From Candidatus Fermentibacterota bacterium (GTDB taxonomy: Bacteria; Fermentibacterota; Fermentibacteria; Fermentibacterales; JCC-6): a DNA stretch of 64,000 bases. The DNA is taken from NCBI GenBank assembly GCA_963845085.1, contig CAWJQI010000004.1:96001-160000 (forward strand), in the 5' to 3' direction. Shown here in pieces: positions 9,215 to 19,100 of this stretch. The position numbers and the translations under genes were made by a program. Within the stretch, counting starts at the first letter, position 1, and each line of letters starts with the position of its first letter. The notes beneath the pieces are model-generated. The model did no database searches, was not told where the DNA came from, and saw nothing but the letters and a program-made list of their open reading frames with translations.

Positions 9215-11389
9215 TCACTCCCGAGTGACAACCAGGCAGCGCCCCGTGGTTACGGAATTCCCGGTCTCGAGCCTGAGAAGGTAAACACCAGGCGGAAGGC
9301 TGGTTGCATCCACAACGGCGCTGTTGCTGCCGGCGGGAAGTTCCCGGTCAACAAGAACTTTCACAAGCCTTCCGGTCAGATCAAACAGTGAAAGCCTGAC
9401 GGGACAGGGTGCGGAAAGGGTGAAGTCGACTCTGGAAGCATCGGTCACCGGGTTTGGAAACACAGTAAGACCGGCCGTGGAAGGAACCGGGGAGAACTCG
9501 GGACCGGCTGTCCCGGTAAGCGGATCGCGGAACGAGAGAATCCGCCCGTGTTGCCCACCACCCCATCCGAAGTCGATGTTCTGGAGGGACAGCCTTTGTA
9601 CGACAGTCGCCCGGCGATCTGAGAGAGAGGAGAAACTGCTGCCGCCGTTTATAGTTTCCAGAACGCCTCCGGAGACCCGGGAGACGTAACCGTGGTTGGC
9701 ATCGGCGAACCAGACGTCCTGCAGGTTGACTCCGCTACTATAGATCTTGTACCAGTTGTTTCCGCCGTTGTAGGTGCGAATCACATGGCCGCCCATGCCC
9801 ACGGCCCAGCCGGTGTTTGCATCCAGGGCGAATACGCCGAGGAGTTCCATGGTGGTATTGCTGTACTGAACGGACCACGAGTCGCTGGAAAAATCGAACC
9901 TCACCACAGTGCCCCCTGCTCCCACCGCCCAGCCATGGTCCGTGCCTGCAAAAGCCACCCTGTTCAAGGTGCTGGTCCCGGTGCCGGAGGGGCTCACCCA
10001 GGAACTCCCCCCGTCGTGGGTGCAGTAGACGGTTCCCTGATTGCCCACCACCACCCCGTTCAAGGCGTTCTGGAAGTCTACGGAGCGCATGGCATACACA
10101 GCCATGCCGGCAGGGGTTACCACTGTCCAGGTGGAGCCGCCGTTCACGGTTTTCAGGACGATTCCCTTGCTCGATGTGTCGGTTCCACATGCGAAACCCA
10201 CCTGAGAGTCAACAAAGTCGATGCCGAAGAGCTGGCTGACGACCCCGGGAGTGGTCTGCCTGGACCAGTCAAGACCGCCGTTGGCGGAATGGAGGATATC
10301 CCCGAATTCCGTGCACGCCCATACATGGGAATCACCAATGCTGCTCAATCCGGTAACGGTTTCACCGGAAAGATTTGTGGATGCCTGGGTCCATCCCCCC
10401 GGGTTGTCACGCCTGAACAGAAAGCCGTGGAGTCCGCCCGCAAACGCCCTGGCCAGGCTGGGAATGGATACGCAGTTCAGGGTTATGGCTGATGTCCCGG
10501 AAACGACTGAAGGTGTCTCCTCGAAGACCCAGTTCTGTCCGCCGTCAACGGTCACAAGCGCGCCGTTGTCACCCGGAAGGCCATCGCACGGAGCAATTCC
10601 GAAAGAAAGGCCGCAAAACTCGATGTCGTTCGCGTGATGGTTCGCGGTATACTGAAGAGACCAGGATGAACCGCCGTTCGATGTGGCCTGGATCTGCGTT
10701 GGACCGCTGCTGCTCCCGAAAACGACCCATCCCGTCTGGTCGTTTTCGAACCAGATGGCCCGTGATGTGTTTGATGATCCCGGAACAAAGATACTCTGCC
10801 AGAATGCGCCTGATGACTCGGTGAAAAGCACATTCTGGCTTGGCCCGGAAATCCATCCGATCACAGCATCAAGGAAGACTACGCCGGTAAGGGTTGCGGT
10901 AACACCGCCTGACTGAGAATTCCAGGTACTCCCGCCGTTGTTGGTTCTGCGTATTACTCCAGAGTTTCCGACCACTGTGCCATAGGAGGTGTCTGTGAAC
11001 TGCACCGCATAGAGGTTCTGGCTGGTCCCGGAGGACTGGGTGGACCAGTTCTGGCCGCCGTTGCTCGTTCGGTAGATGACACCGTTGTACCCGCAGACCC
11101 ATCCGTTCTCGGCGTCGACGAAACAAACATCAGTGAGTTCCTGCCCGGAAGTATACTGACGTGTCCAGGTAGCGCCGCCGTCGTCTGTTCGAAAAACCTC
11201 ACCGAATTGCCAGGTCGGGTCTTCCGAGCAACCCGATACAAACCACCCGATGTCATCGGTCACGAAATGAACGCCCTCAACGCTGATGCCCGTGGGGCGG
11301 GGATGGCTCCAGTCCCACACCGGCTCGGCGCTGAATGCGCCAATGGGACTGATGACAAGAAGAAGAAGCAGAGACCTATGAAGTTTCAT
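9215..11389 (-). CDS. Secreted YCF48/Asp-box repeat beta-propeller protein with T9SS-like sorting domain
   Basis: Signal peptide; many T.(D/N)GG.(T/S)W Asp-boxes and F.D...GW motifs; tail FPNP..FDLTGRLV..GVYLLRL. Confidence 0.88.
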   Translation of the reverse strand: MKLHRSLLLLLVISPIGAFSAEPVWDWSHPRPTGISVEGVHFVTDDIGWFVSGCSEDPTWQFGEVFRTDDGGATWTRQYTSGQELTDVCFVDAENGWVCGYNGVIYRTSNGGQNWSTQSSGTSQNLYAVQFTDTSYGTVVGNSGVIRRTNNGGSTWNSQSGGVTATLTGVVFLDAVIGWISGPSQNVLFTESSGAFWQSIFVPGSSNTSRAIWFENDQTGWVVFGSSSGPTQIQATSNGGSSWSLQYTANHHANDIEFCGLSFGIAPCDGLPGDNGALVTVDGGQNWVFEETPSVVSGTSAITLNCVSIPSLARAFAGGLHGFLFRRDNPGGWTQASTNLSGETVTGLSSIGDSHVWACTEFGDILHSANGGLDWSRQTTPGVVSQLFGIDFVDSQVGFACGTDTSSKGIVLKTVNGGSTWTVVTPAGMAVYAMRSVDFQNALNGVVVGNQGTVYCTHDGGSSWVSPSGTGTSTLNRVAFAGTDHGWAVGAGGTVVRFDFSSDSWSVQYSNTTMELLGVFALDANTGWAVGMGGHVIRTYNGGNNWYKIYSSGVNLQDVWFADANHGYVSRVSGGVLETINGGSSFSSLSDRRATVVQRLSLQNIDFGWGGGQHGRILSFRDPLTGTAGPEFSPVPSTAGLTVFPNPVTDASRVDFTLSAPCPVRLSLFDLTGRLVKVLVDRELPAGSNSAVVDATSLPPGVYLLRLETGNSVTTGRCLVVTRE

Positions 11390-11623
11390 ACACCTGCCTC
11401 CAAAGTCTTATGTATTCCGTATTATTCTGTCTGCTTACATATCCGTGTTCGCGCCCACCGTCAAGATGCGGTAAACACTATCGAGAGGGCATTCATGGCG
11501 CGCACCCGAATTGTGAGACACGCACCGCCGGTCTTGAATTGAAGAACCTGATCCCGACGCAAGGCATCATTTTAACAGAGAAGGTGTCCCCTTTCAGCTC
11601 GGCCAAAAGACAGGGATTGTCTC

Positions 11624-11652
11624 TGGTGTCGCGTGTTGGAAGGAATTCGACT
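11624..11652. repeat. Degenerate att-like site 5 of the tRNA-Arg(CCT) cassette array
   Basis: TGGTGTCGCGTGTTGGAAGGAATTCGACT; 19/29 gap-free identity to sites 2 and 3 (hand count). Confidence 0.5.
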
Positions 11653-11779
11653 GAGAGCATCCACAGAGAAACAGGATTTCTGTACAGGGTTCACAAGTGA
11701 AGCTCTTGCTTTTGCGAAAAGTATAACTTACAATATCACTGTTACAGTACAGTATAGTTTACGTAAAGGATACTGAGCG

Positions 11780-12109
11780 ATGACTCGAACCCTTGATCTC
11801 AAAAGGCCGATACCCGTCCAAAGGGCCATCCGAAAGCTCGGACAGGACATCAGGGATGCCAGACGACGGAGAAGGCTTTCCACGGCACTTGTCGCCGAGA
11901 GGGCGGGTATCAGCAGAGTAACGCTGTCAAAGCTGGAAAAGGGCGATCCCGGAGTCTCCATAGGAATCATCGGTTCTGTCCTGATGGCACTCGATCTTCT
12001 TGACAGGTTAAACGATCTCGCTGATCCCCGGTACGATCTTCTGGGAAGAATGCTTGAAGAGGAACAGCTTCCGCAGAGAATTCGTGAAAGAGCAGTTAAG
12101 AAGGGGTGA
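11780..12109 (+). CDS. XRE-family HTH antitoxin (HipB-like)
   Basis: LGQDIRDARRRRRLS..VAERAGISRVTLSKLEKG, immediately upstream of a HipA-family gene. Confidence 0.88.
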   Translation: MTRTLDLKRPIPVQRAIRKLGQDIRDARRRRRLSTALVAERAGISRVTLSKLEKGDPGVSIGIIGSVLMALDLLDRLNDLADPRYDLLGRMLEEEQLPQRIRERAVKKG

Positions 12110-12110
12110 G

Positions 12111-13358
12111 ATGAACCCGGTGTTCGTCTACATCGATCTGGAAGGCAGGGCCGTACAAGTGGGCCGCATGTGGATCCATGCCCGGGGACGGAGAGAGAGC
12201 GCAACATTTGAGTACTCCGGTTCCTGGCTTGCATCCCCGGCCTGTTTCGCCCTTGAACCAGCCTTGTCAGTTGAGGAAGGATCACACAACACAAGAGAGG
12301 GGCTTCCGGTCTTCGGGGCAATCGGAGATTCCGCGCCTGACAGATGGGGTCGGGCTCTGATACGCCGGGCCACTCTGAGGGCGGACAGGGAGAAAGGCGC
12401 GACTCCCCGGACACTTAGGGAGATCGACTTCCTGCTCGGGGTGAACGATGAAGCCCGAACGGGTGCTTTGAGGTTCTCGTTTACGGAAGGTGGCCCGTTC
12501 CTGGCGCTGGGTACCGGCGCAAGCATCCCGCCAATTGTTGAACTGCCAAAACTGCTTGCAGCGTCAGACAGCCTGTTGCGTGAAGAGGAGTCGGGTGAAG
12601 AGCTCAGGCTCCTTCTCGCACCGGGCTCATCCCTGGGGGGAGCACAGCCGAAAGCATCCGTTAAAAAGGACTCTCAGCTCTTCATCGCAAAGTTTCCCAG
12701 TTCTGTTGACAGCTACAACAGAATTGTCTGGGAAGCGGTTGCCCTTGATCTTGCAGAGAGGTCGGGAATCACGGTTCCTGAAAGATGGCTTCAGCAGATC
12801 GACGGCAGGCAGGTCTTGATCCTGAAGAGGTTTGACAGAAAAGGAAATATCCGGATCCCATTCCTGTCAGGCATGAGCATGATCTCAGCAAGGGACAATG
12901 AAACGCACAGCTACCTCGAACTTGCAGACCGGATCAAAGCGCACGGAGCATTTCCCGACCGGGACCTTCACGAACTGTGGAAAAGGATCGTTTACACGGT
13001 TCTGGTATCAAATGTGGACGACCATATGAGAAATCATGGATTCCTTCTCCACAACCGAAGTGGCTGGGTTTTGTCCCCGGCATTCGACCTGAACCCTACG
13101 CCAGTGGACATTGCCCCCAGGATACTGACTTCAGCGATCGACATCGATGATCAGACTGCATCCATTGATCTGACCCTTGATGTAGCGCCATACTTCAATG
13201 TCAGTGCTGAGGACGGAAGAAGGTGCATCAGGAGCATCGCACAGGCTGTCTCAAAATGGAGGAGGGTTGCATCCAGCTACGGGATTTCCCGCTCCGAGAT
13301 CGAAAGGATGTCTTCCGCCTTCGAACATGAAGATCTGCACAGAGCAACAAGCATGTAG
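12111..13358 (+). CDS. hipA: HipA-family Ser/Thr kinase toxin
   Basis: DSAPDRWGR, GSSLGGAQPKAS, KRFDR, NVDDHMRNHG, SPAFDL. Confidence 0.93.
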   Translation: MNPVFVYIDLEGRAVQVGRMWIHARGRRESATFEYSGSWLASPACFALEPALSVEEGSHNTREGLPVFGAIGDSAPDRWGRALIRRATLRADREKGATPRTLREIDFLLGVNDEARTGALRFSFTEGGPFLALGTGASIPPIVELPKLLAASDSLLREEESGEELRLLLAPGSSLGGAQPKASVKKDSQLFIAKFPSSVDSYNRIVWEAVALDLAERSGITVPERWLQQIDGRQVLILKRFDRKGNIRIPFLSGMSMISARDNETHSYLELADRIKAHGAFPDRDLHELWKRIVYTVLVSNVDDHMRNHGFLLHNRSGWVLSPAFDLNPTPVDIAPRILTSAIDIDDQTASIDLTLDVAPYFNVSAEDGRRCIRSIAQAVSKWRRVASSYGISRSEIERMSSAFEHEDLHRATSM

Positions 13359-13385
13359 GAAAGTTCCTTTGTTGTTGCATAGAAG

Positions 13386-13416
13386 AAAGGCCGCCGGTTC
13401 AGTTTCCGGCGGCCAA
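13386..13416. terminator. GC hairpin, identical to 14607-14637
   Basis: GGCCGCCGG-TTCAGTTT-CCGGCGGCC with minus-strand T-tract; between convergent hipA and HEPN genes. Confidence 0.75.
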
Positions 13417-13424
13417 AACTCTTC

Positions 13425-13452
13425 TGTTGCCCCGTGGTGGACCATATTGAAC
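13425..13452. repeat. att-like site 4
   Basis: TGTTGCCCCGTGGTGGACCATATTGAAC, variant of sites 2 and 3. Confidence 0.8.
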
Positions 13453-13476
13453 ATCAGCAAGCCTGTGGGATGTTTC

Positions 13477-13896
13477 CTAACCGGCTGGCAGAGCCCCCAC
13501 AGCTGTCATCACTTTTCCCGCTGCCACGATCAGGTCGTTCAGAAGCTGCCGGTCAATCTCCAGGAAGCCTTCATATTCAGCTGAATTCCTCCGCCTGTGA
13601 CACTCGGCAAGGGTTCTCCAGACCTCAGGCCCAAGGTTCAGGGTGAGTGGGATCACCTGAAAAACCACATACCTGTTCTCCGGACGGAAGCCATGCCAAC
13701 GAAGCGCCGCAAGTGCAAGAGAAAACGCTCCATTGTAAGCCAGATCGAATCGACTCTCGAAAGCCAGGGATTCGTTGCCGGCGTCGGTGAGCCTTTTCCT
13801 GCCCGAACCCACCAGACCTTCGTATTCAGCCTGGATCACCGGCTCATGCTTCAGGCTTCCGGTGCGCACCAGGTTATCGAGCTGTTTCGATTTCAT
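13477..13896 (-). CDS. HEPN-like putative toxin
   Basis: SRFDLAYNGA..LAALR..GFRP..RRRNSAEY (Rx4Y variant); overlaps the MNT stop. Confidence 0.75.
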   Translation of the reverse strand: MKSKQLDNLVRTGSLKHEPVIQAEYEGLVGSGRKRLTDAGNESLAFESRFDLAYNGAFSLALAALRWHGFRPENRYVVFQVIPLTLNLGPEVWRTLAECHRRRNSAEYEGFLEIDRQLLNDLIVAAGKVMTAVGALPAG

Positions 13897-14524
13897 CAAG
13901 AGATCCCAGAAGTGTGAGTTTCTCGAGTGACATGACCCTTGCAACGAATGAATCGCGACTCTGAAGGCGTCTTCCAAACTCATCACTGTTCAACAGGTTA
14001 ACGCTCACTGTCCTCCCGATGGCCTGTTCCACCGGAAGCAGTGCGGCAAGCACTTCGGGATAGGCCAGTTCATCGCCGATGATCATCAGGTCAACATCAC
14101 TCGCCGAAGTGTCATCACCTCTCGCTGTTGAGCCGTATATGAAAGCGTACTTGATCCTGTGAGCAAAAGGTTCAAGTGCATCCCTCAGAGGCTGCGAAAG
14201 ACCGACGGTTTTCATTATGAGACCATGAAGCTCCCCGAAAATGGGTGATCCCCTGTTGGCGCTGTAAATCTTCTGGCGTCCGAGCGGCGCAACAGAAACA
14301 ATGCCGCTCGAAACAAGACGGGTCAGTTCCCGATGCACCGCACCTACCCCGGAACTCGCCAGTCGTATCAGCTCCGCCCCCTGAAAACCCCTTTCGGGCT
14401 GACCGAACAGAAGGGCGAGTACCCTCAGCTGTACTCTGGAAAAGAGTCCCTCGGCCAATCCGAGTGAAGGCAGTTCGTTGTGTCTTCGGACAGGCTGGCT
14501 GCTCTCGGTCTTCAATACTTCCAT
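13874..14524 (-). CDS. HTH-fused minimal nucleotidyltransferase (MNT antitoxin)
   Basis: N-terminal winged HTH (VHRELTRLVSSG); GSTARGDDTSASDVDL nucleotidyltransferase motif. Confidence 0.85.
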   Translation of the reverse strand: MEVLKTESSQPVRRHNELPSLGLAEGLFSRVQLRVLALLFGQPERGFQGAELIRLASSGVGAVHRELTRLVSSGIVSVAPLGRQKIYSANRGSPIFGELHGLIMKTVGLSQPLRDALEPFAHRIKYAFIYGSTARGDDTSASDVDLMIIGDELAYPEVLAALLPVEQAIGRTVSVNLLNSDEFGRRLQSRDSFVARVMSLEKLTLLGSLDEIETAR

Positions 14525-14535
14525 ACAGTTGTCTC

Positions 14536-14578
14536 TTCCCATATTGGGAATATTTCTTCCCATTTTGGGAATTGTCAA
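14536..14578 (-). promoter_or_regulatory. Two TTCCCA-N3-TGGGAA operators next to a -35 box
   Basis: Palindromes at 14536-14550 and 14557-14571; TTGACA on the minus strand at 14573-14578. Confidence 0.72.
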
Positions 14579-14606
14579 TAGGGCACTCACAAGACCGGCA
14601 ATGACA

Positions 14607-14637
14607 AAAGGCCGCCGGTTCAGTTTCCGGCGGCCAA
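14607..14637 (-). terminator. GC hairpin plus T-tract, copy of 13386-13416
   Basis: 31-bp identity AAAGGCCGCCGGTTCAGTTTCCGGCGGCCAA. Confidence 0.7.
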
Positions 14638-14646
14638 TACTCGTTC

Positions 14647-14675
14647 TGGTGCCCCCTGGTGGACCTAATTTGAAC
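14647..14675. repeat. att-like site 3
   Basis: TGGTGCCCCCTGGTGGACCTAATTTGAAC; shares TGGTGCCCC and TTGAAC with the antisense tRNA-Arg(CCT) 3' end. Confidence 0.85.
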
Positions 14676-14751
14676 AGGCTTCAGGTACGAGATTGCCCTA
14701 TGAAGAAAGGGCCGCTGCCCATGCAACGGCCCTGCCCTCTATGGTAACCGA

Positions 14752-15961
14752 CTACCTGACCAGCACCACCTTCGCGGTCGTGCAAGTCTGAACCGCTGGT
14801 CATACGAACTAGGTACACCCCCGGAGGGAGTTCCGACCCATCAAAGGCTGCAGTGTGGTTCCCGGCTGGAAGGGGCTGGTTCAGCAGGGTGCTCACATGC
14901 CTTCCTGCCAGGTCGAATACATCCAGTTGAACGGGACCCGGAGCAGGAAGGGCAATGGATATGTTGGTGGTGGCCCGGAAGGGATTGGGGGCAATGGAGC
15001 GGATCTGGATGAAACCCCCGGTGAGTCCTGCGTCTTCGATCCCGGTGCTGATTTCACGGAGCGCGAGGCTATGGTACTCTCCCCCCGCCACCGCCACGAA
15101 ACCCTCGTTGGGCTCGGGTACATCACACTGGCCGTAGCAGTTCCAGCCCCACGCCACGATGGAGCCGTCTTCCTTCAATCCAAGGCTTTGCCCCCCACCT
15201 GCTGCAACCCCAACAAAGCCTTCATTAGGTTCAGGAACATCGCACTGGCCCCAATAATTGTTGACTCCCCACGCCACGATGGAGCCGTCTTCCTTCAGAC
15301 CGAGGCTGTGAGCTCCTCCAGCCGCCATCGCGACGAAATAGCTGTTCGGAGGGGGAACACCGCATTGACCATAGGTGTTTCACCCCACGCCACGATGGAG
15401 CCGTCTTCCTTCAACCCGAGGCTGTGATAGCCCCCCCCGCAACCGCCACGAAACCCTCGTTCGGTTCAGGAACATCGCACTGGCGGTAATGGGCCACTTT
15501 CCTGTTGTCCTGCTCCCCACGCCACAATGGAGCCGTTTTCCTTCAGACCGAGGCTGTGATACAATCCTGCCGCAACCGCCATGTAACGCTTGCCAGGAGG
15601 AACCGCACTGGCCGTAGTCGTTCAGTCCCCACGCCACGATGGACCCGTTTTCCTTCAGACCGAGGCTGTGATGGTTTCCCGCGGCAACCGCCACGAAATC
15701 GCTGTTAGGTGAAGGAACATTGCACTGGCCATCCCCGTTGGCTCCCCACGCCACAATGGAGCCGTCTTCCTTCAGACCGAGGCTGTGATAAAATCCTGCC
15801 GCAACCGCCACGAAACCGTTGTTCGGGGGCGGAACATCGCACTGGCCGTGGTAATTGTATCCCCACCCCTCGATCTCCCCATTCCACTGTGCCAGCCCGG
15901 TTCCAGAAACAACAAGCAGAAGCAGCATTGAGAGCAACACCGAACCTGGGACGGTTTTCAT
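14752..15961 (-). pseudogene. RCC1-like repeat protein paralog with several frameshifts
   Basis: Same signal peptide, 7 AWG..GQC.VP repeats and VVLVR* end as 16148-17362, broken near 15605, 15490, 15375 and 14785. Confidence 0.8.
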
Positions 15962-16042
15962 AGTATCCCTCCTGCAGACAGAATCTCTATTGGAGAGATA
16001 AATAGATTGTCTTGCCGGGTCAAGCATTGGTCGATAGGTTGT

Positions 16043-16071
16043 TGGTGCCCCCTGGTGGACCTAATTTGAAC
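16043..16071. repeat. att-like site 2
   Basis: Identical to site 3; identity extends about 45 bp further into the terminator region. Confidence 0.85.
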
Positions 16072-16097
16072 AGGCTTCAGGTACGAGATTGCCCTAT

Positions 16098-16129
16098 GAA
16101 GAAAGGGCCGCTGCCGAAGCAGCGGCCCT
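16098..16129 (-). terminator. Intrinsic terminator of the RCC1-repeat gene
   Basis: AGGGCCGCTGC-TTCG-GCAGCGGCCCT followed by TTCTTC on the minus strand. Confidence 0.8.
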
Positions 16130-16147
16130 GCACTCGTTGGCAAACGA

Positions 16148-17362
16148 CTACCTGACCAGCACCACCCTTGCCGTGGCGAATTCCGAACCGCTGGCGAGGC
16201 GAACCAGATACACCCCTCCGGGCATGGGTTCCCCTCGAAGCCCCGTACCGTTCCAGATCAAGGTTTGCTGCCCAGGAGAGACAGCGGTTACTTCCTGCTG
16301 GTGAACCCGACGGCCTGAGAGGTCGAAGATTTCCAATGTGACGGAAGCAAGACCCGGAGAAGTGAATTGCAGTGTAGCATGGGACTCGAATGGGTTGGGA
16401 TAGATGGAATTGATCCCCAGGGTTGTGGGGTCTATACCTACGTGTTCTAAGTGTTCAATGGAAGTGAGTTCCTTCAGGCCGAGGCTGTGACCGTATCCCC
16501 CCGCAACCGCCATGAAACCCTCGTTCGGTTCAGGTACATCGCACTGGCCGAACTGATTGCTACCCCACGCCACGATGGAGCCGTCCTCCTTCAGCCCGAG
16601 GCTGAAAAGGCTTCCCGATGCAACCGCCACGAAACCGCTGTTCGGGTAGGGAACAGTGCACTGGCCGTAGTCGTTCAACCCCCACGCCACAATGGAGCCG
16701 TCTTCCCTCAGACCGAGGCTGTGTACGTATCCCCCCGCAACCGCCACGAAATCGCTGTTCGGGGAGGGAACATTGCACTGGCCGCACTGATTGTTACCCC
16801 ACGCCACGATGGAGCCGTCTTCCTTCAGACCTAGGCTGTGGTAAAACCCCCCCGCAACCGCCACGAAACCGTTGTTCGGGGAAGGAACACTGCACTGACC
16901 TTCATCGTTCCACCCCCACGCCACGATGTAGCCGTCTTCTTTCAGACCTAGGCTGTGATACTGTCCCCCCGCAACCGCCACGAAAGGACTGGAGTCAGGA
17001 ACATCGCACTGGCCGTAGTCGTTCCAGCCCCACGCCACGATGGAACCGTCTTCCTTCAGACCGAGGCTGTGATCGCCTCCCGTTGCAACCGCCACGAAAC
17101 CGCTGTTCGGGGAAGGAACATCGCACTGGCCGAACTGATTGCTACCCCACGCCACGATGGAGCCGTCCTCCTTCAACCCGAGGCTGTGAGCGTCCCCCGC
17201 CGCAATCGCCACGAAATTCTCGTTGGGAGACGGAACATCGCACTGGCCGTCGTAGTTCCAGCCCCACGCCACGATCTCCCAGTTCCACTGTGCGAGCCCG
17301 GTTCCAGAAATGACAAGTAGAAGCAGCATTGAGAGCGATACCGAACTTAGGATGGTTTTCAT
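16148..17362 (-). CDS. Secreted RCC1/BLIP-II-like 7-repeat beta-propeller protein with FlgD-Ig/T9SS-like tail
   Basis: Seven ~39-aa repeats IVAWGxNxxGQCxVP..VAGGxxHSLGLKEDGS; signal peptide; YPNPF..FDLSGR..GVYLVRL. Confidence 0.9.
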   Translation of the reverse strand: MKTILSSVSLSMLLLLVISGTGLAQWNWEIVAWGWNYDGQCDVPSPNENFVAIAAGDAHSLGLKEDGSIVAWGSNQFGQCDVPSPNSGFVAVATGGDHSLGLKEDGSIVAWGWNDYGQCDVPDSSPFVAVAGGQYHSLGLKEDGYIVAWGWNDEGQCSVPSPNNGFVAVAGGFYHSLGLKEDGSIVAWGNNQCGQCNVPSPNSDFVAVAGGYVHSLGLREDGSIVAWGLNDYGQCTVPYPNSGFVAVASGSLFSLGLKEDGSIVAWGSNQFGQCDVPEPNEGFMAVAGGYGHSLGLKELTSIEHLEHVGIDPTTLGINSIYPNPFESHATLQFTSPGLASVTLEIFDLSGRRVHQQEVTAVSPGQQTLIWNGTGLRGEPMPGGVYLVRLASGSEFATARVVLVR

Positions 17363-17442
17363 AGTATCCCTCCTGTTTGAATTTTTCTATTGGAGAGATA
17401 AACAGATTGTCTTGCCGGGTCAAGCATTGATCGATAGGTTGT

Positions 17443-17519
<77 letters not shown>

Positions 17520-17676
17520 ACCGAGAGGTGCAATTATGACATAACGGTGCCTTTTCGTCAAACGGGCTGGCACGTTGCCCAGGAAAGCCATTGGGTTGTC
17601 TTGTCTGTGGAACAGCTTAAGACGGCGATGCGGTCTTCACTGCCAGGTGGCATTGGGGTAATCCTGCGGGGTCTGC

Positions 17677-18738
17677 TTACTCAGCCAGCTCAGCAGCCAT
17701 GCCGTCGGCCCAGAGCATTCCCTCCGGCGTGGGAACAACCATTGTCCCTCGCCGTTCAAGCCATCCGTATCCTGCAAACTTGTCCACGACAGGCGGGGGA
17801 AGGACCGATGCCCGTGTTCCCTTCAGGGTTCTCAGGCCAAGCATTATCTCCTCCCGAAGGGCATCCGCAGCTGTGATGAACTCCCGTCCATCCCTTGGAA
17901 GCACACCCTTTTCGATTAGCTGTAGATAGCGACCGGTATCGGGCGTGTTCCAGTACCTTTCCGTTCCGGTGAAGCCGTGGGCGGAAGGGCCTGCACCGAT
18001 GTATGGTCTTCTCTCCCAGTAGGACTGGTTGTGCTTCGACTCCCATCCAGGAAGGGCGTAATTCGACACCTCGTAGTGGGTGTAGCCGGCTTCGGTCAGT
18101 CTTGCATGGGCCATCATGAACATTGCCGCCCCCTGTGAGTCGGATGCCTTTCGCCCGGCGTCACCCATCGGTGTGCCCTTCTCCAGGGTTAGCTCGTAGC
18201 AGCTGATGTGCTTCGGAGACAGGGAAAGCGCGGTATCCAGGTCTCCCGCCCAGAGTCTTCGGGTCTGCCCGGGCAGCCCGTAGATAAGGTCGATGGAAAT
18301 GTTCTCAAAACCACCCGTCCGTGCCAGGGCCACTGCATCCAGAGCCTGTCCGGAGGTGTGGACCCTGCCGAGCCGTCTGAGATTCCCGTCGGAGAATGAC
18401 TGTGCTCCGATGCTGATACGGTCGAAACCGGCCTGCCTCAGTTCCCTGTATCCCTCCAGAGTCAGGACGGCGGGATTGGTCTCGATCGTCGCCTCGGTGC
18501 AACGGGAAAGATCGAGCCCTGCCAGCAGGGTCTGCCAGAAAGCACCCCCCATGAGCGTCGGGGTCCCTCCTCCGGCGTGGACGGTCGCCGGCTTGTTCGG
18601 AGCGGCAAGCACAAGCTCACGGAGAAGGCCGGCGGCGAACTCCGGAGGGGGCGGTTCCGGCCTGCTTGCAAATGCACAGTAGGGGCACTTTGAGAGACAG
18701 TAGGGAATGTGGATGTAGAGGCCTAATCCCTCTTCCAC
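17677..18738 (-). CDS. hemW: Radical SAM heme chaperone HemW (HemN-like)
   Basis: LYIHIPYCLSKCPYC, GGGTPT, DLIYGLPGQ, YEVSNY, HNQSYW; near lepA. Confidence 0.9.
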   Translation of the reverse strand: MEEGLGLYIHIPYCLSKCPYCAFASRPEPPPPEFAAGLLRELVLAAPNKPATVHAGGGTPTLMGGAFWQTLLAGLDLSRCTEATIETNPAVLTLEGYRELRQAGFDRISIGAQSFSDGNLRRLGRVHTSGQALDAVALARTGGFENISIDLIYGLPGQTRRLWAGDLDTALSLSPKHISCYELTLEKGTPMGDAGRKASDSQGAAMFMMAHARLTEAGYTHYEVSNYALPGWESKHNQSYWERRPYIGAGPSAHGFTGTERYWNTPDTGRYLQLIEKGVLPRDGREFITAADALREEIMLGLRTLKGTRASVLPPPVVDKFAGYGWLERRGTMVVPTPEGMLWADGMAAELAE

Positions 18739-19100
18739 CGCGGGTCCTCGAAACGCTGGATCTCCACGGTGTAACCCGACGGATCCAGGACGAAACAGTG
18801 GTAGATGTTGTAGTCCGGGTTGAAGGCGGGAGGCTTGACAACATGATGGCCGGCAACCCGCAGGGCTTCGAACCAGGGGTCAACTTCATCTGTGACAAGG
18901 GTTATGATCACTGTGTCATCAGTCGGGCGTTTCTCGCCCTTGCAGAAACCCAGGAACCCGCCGGCTGAAATCCTGTAGATCCTGCAGCAGCCCTGGTCGA
19001 GAACCATCGGCAACCCCAGAAGCCCGTTGTAGAAAGCGTGTGTCGCCCCGGGATCGGGGGTGCGCAGGAATGTGATAAGGGAATCGAACCCCTTCATCAC
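18723..19100 (-). CDS. VOC/glyoxalase family protein
   Basis: FY..LLGL..V.DQG; FVLDPSGYTVEIQ. Confidence 0.85.
   Translation of the reverse strand: MMKGFDSLITFLRTPDPGATHAFYNGLLGLPMVLDQGCCRIYRISAGGFLGFCKGEKRPTDDTVIITLVTDEVDPWFEALRVAGHHVVKPPAFNPDYNIYHCFVLDPSGYTVEIQRFEDPRWKRD

Noticed and set aside
14752..17362. CRISPR array or diversity-generating retroelement
   Set aside because: Repeats are in-frame protein repeats (~117 bp); no cas or reverse transcriptase in the window; differences are not confined to adenines
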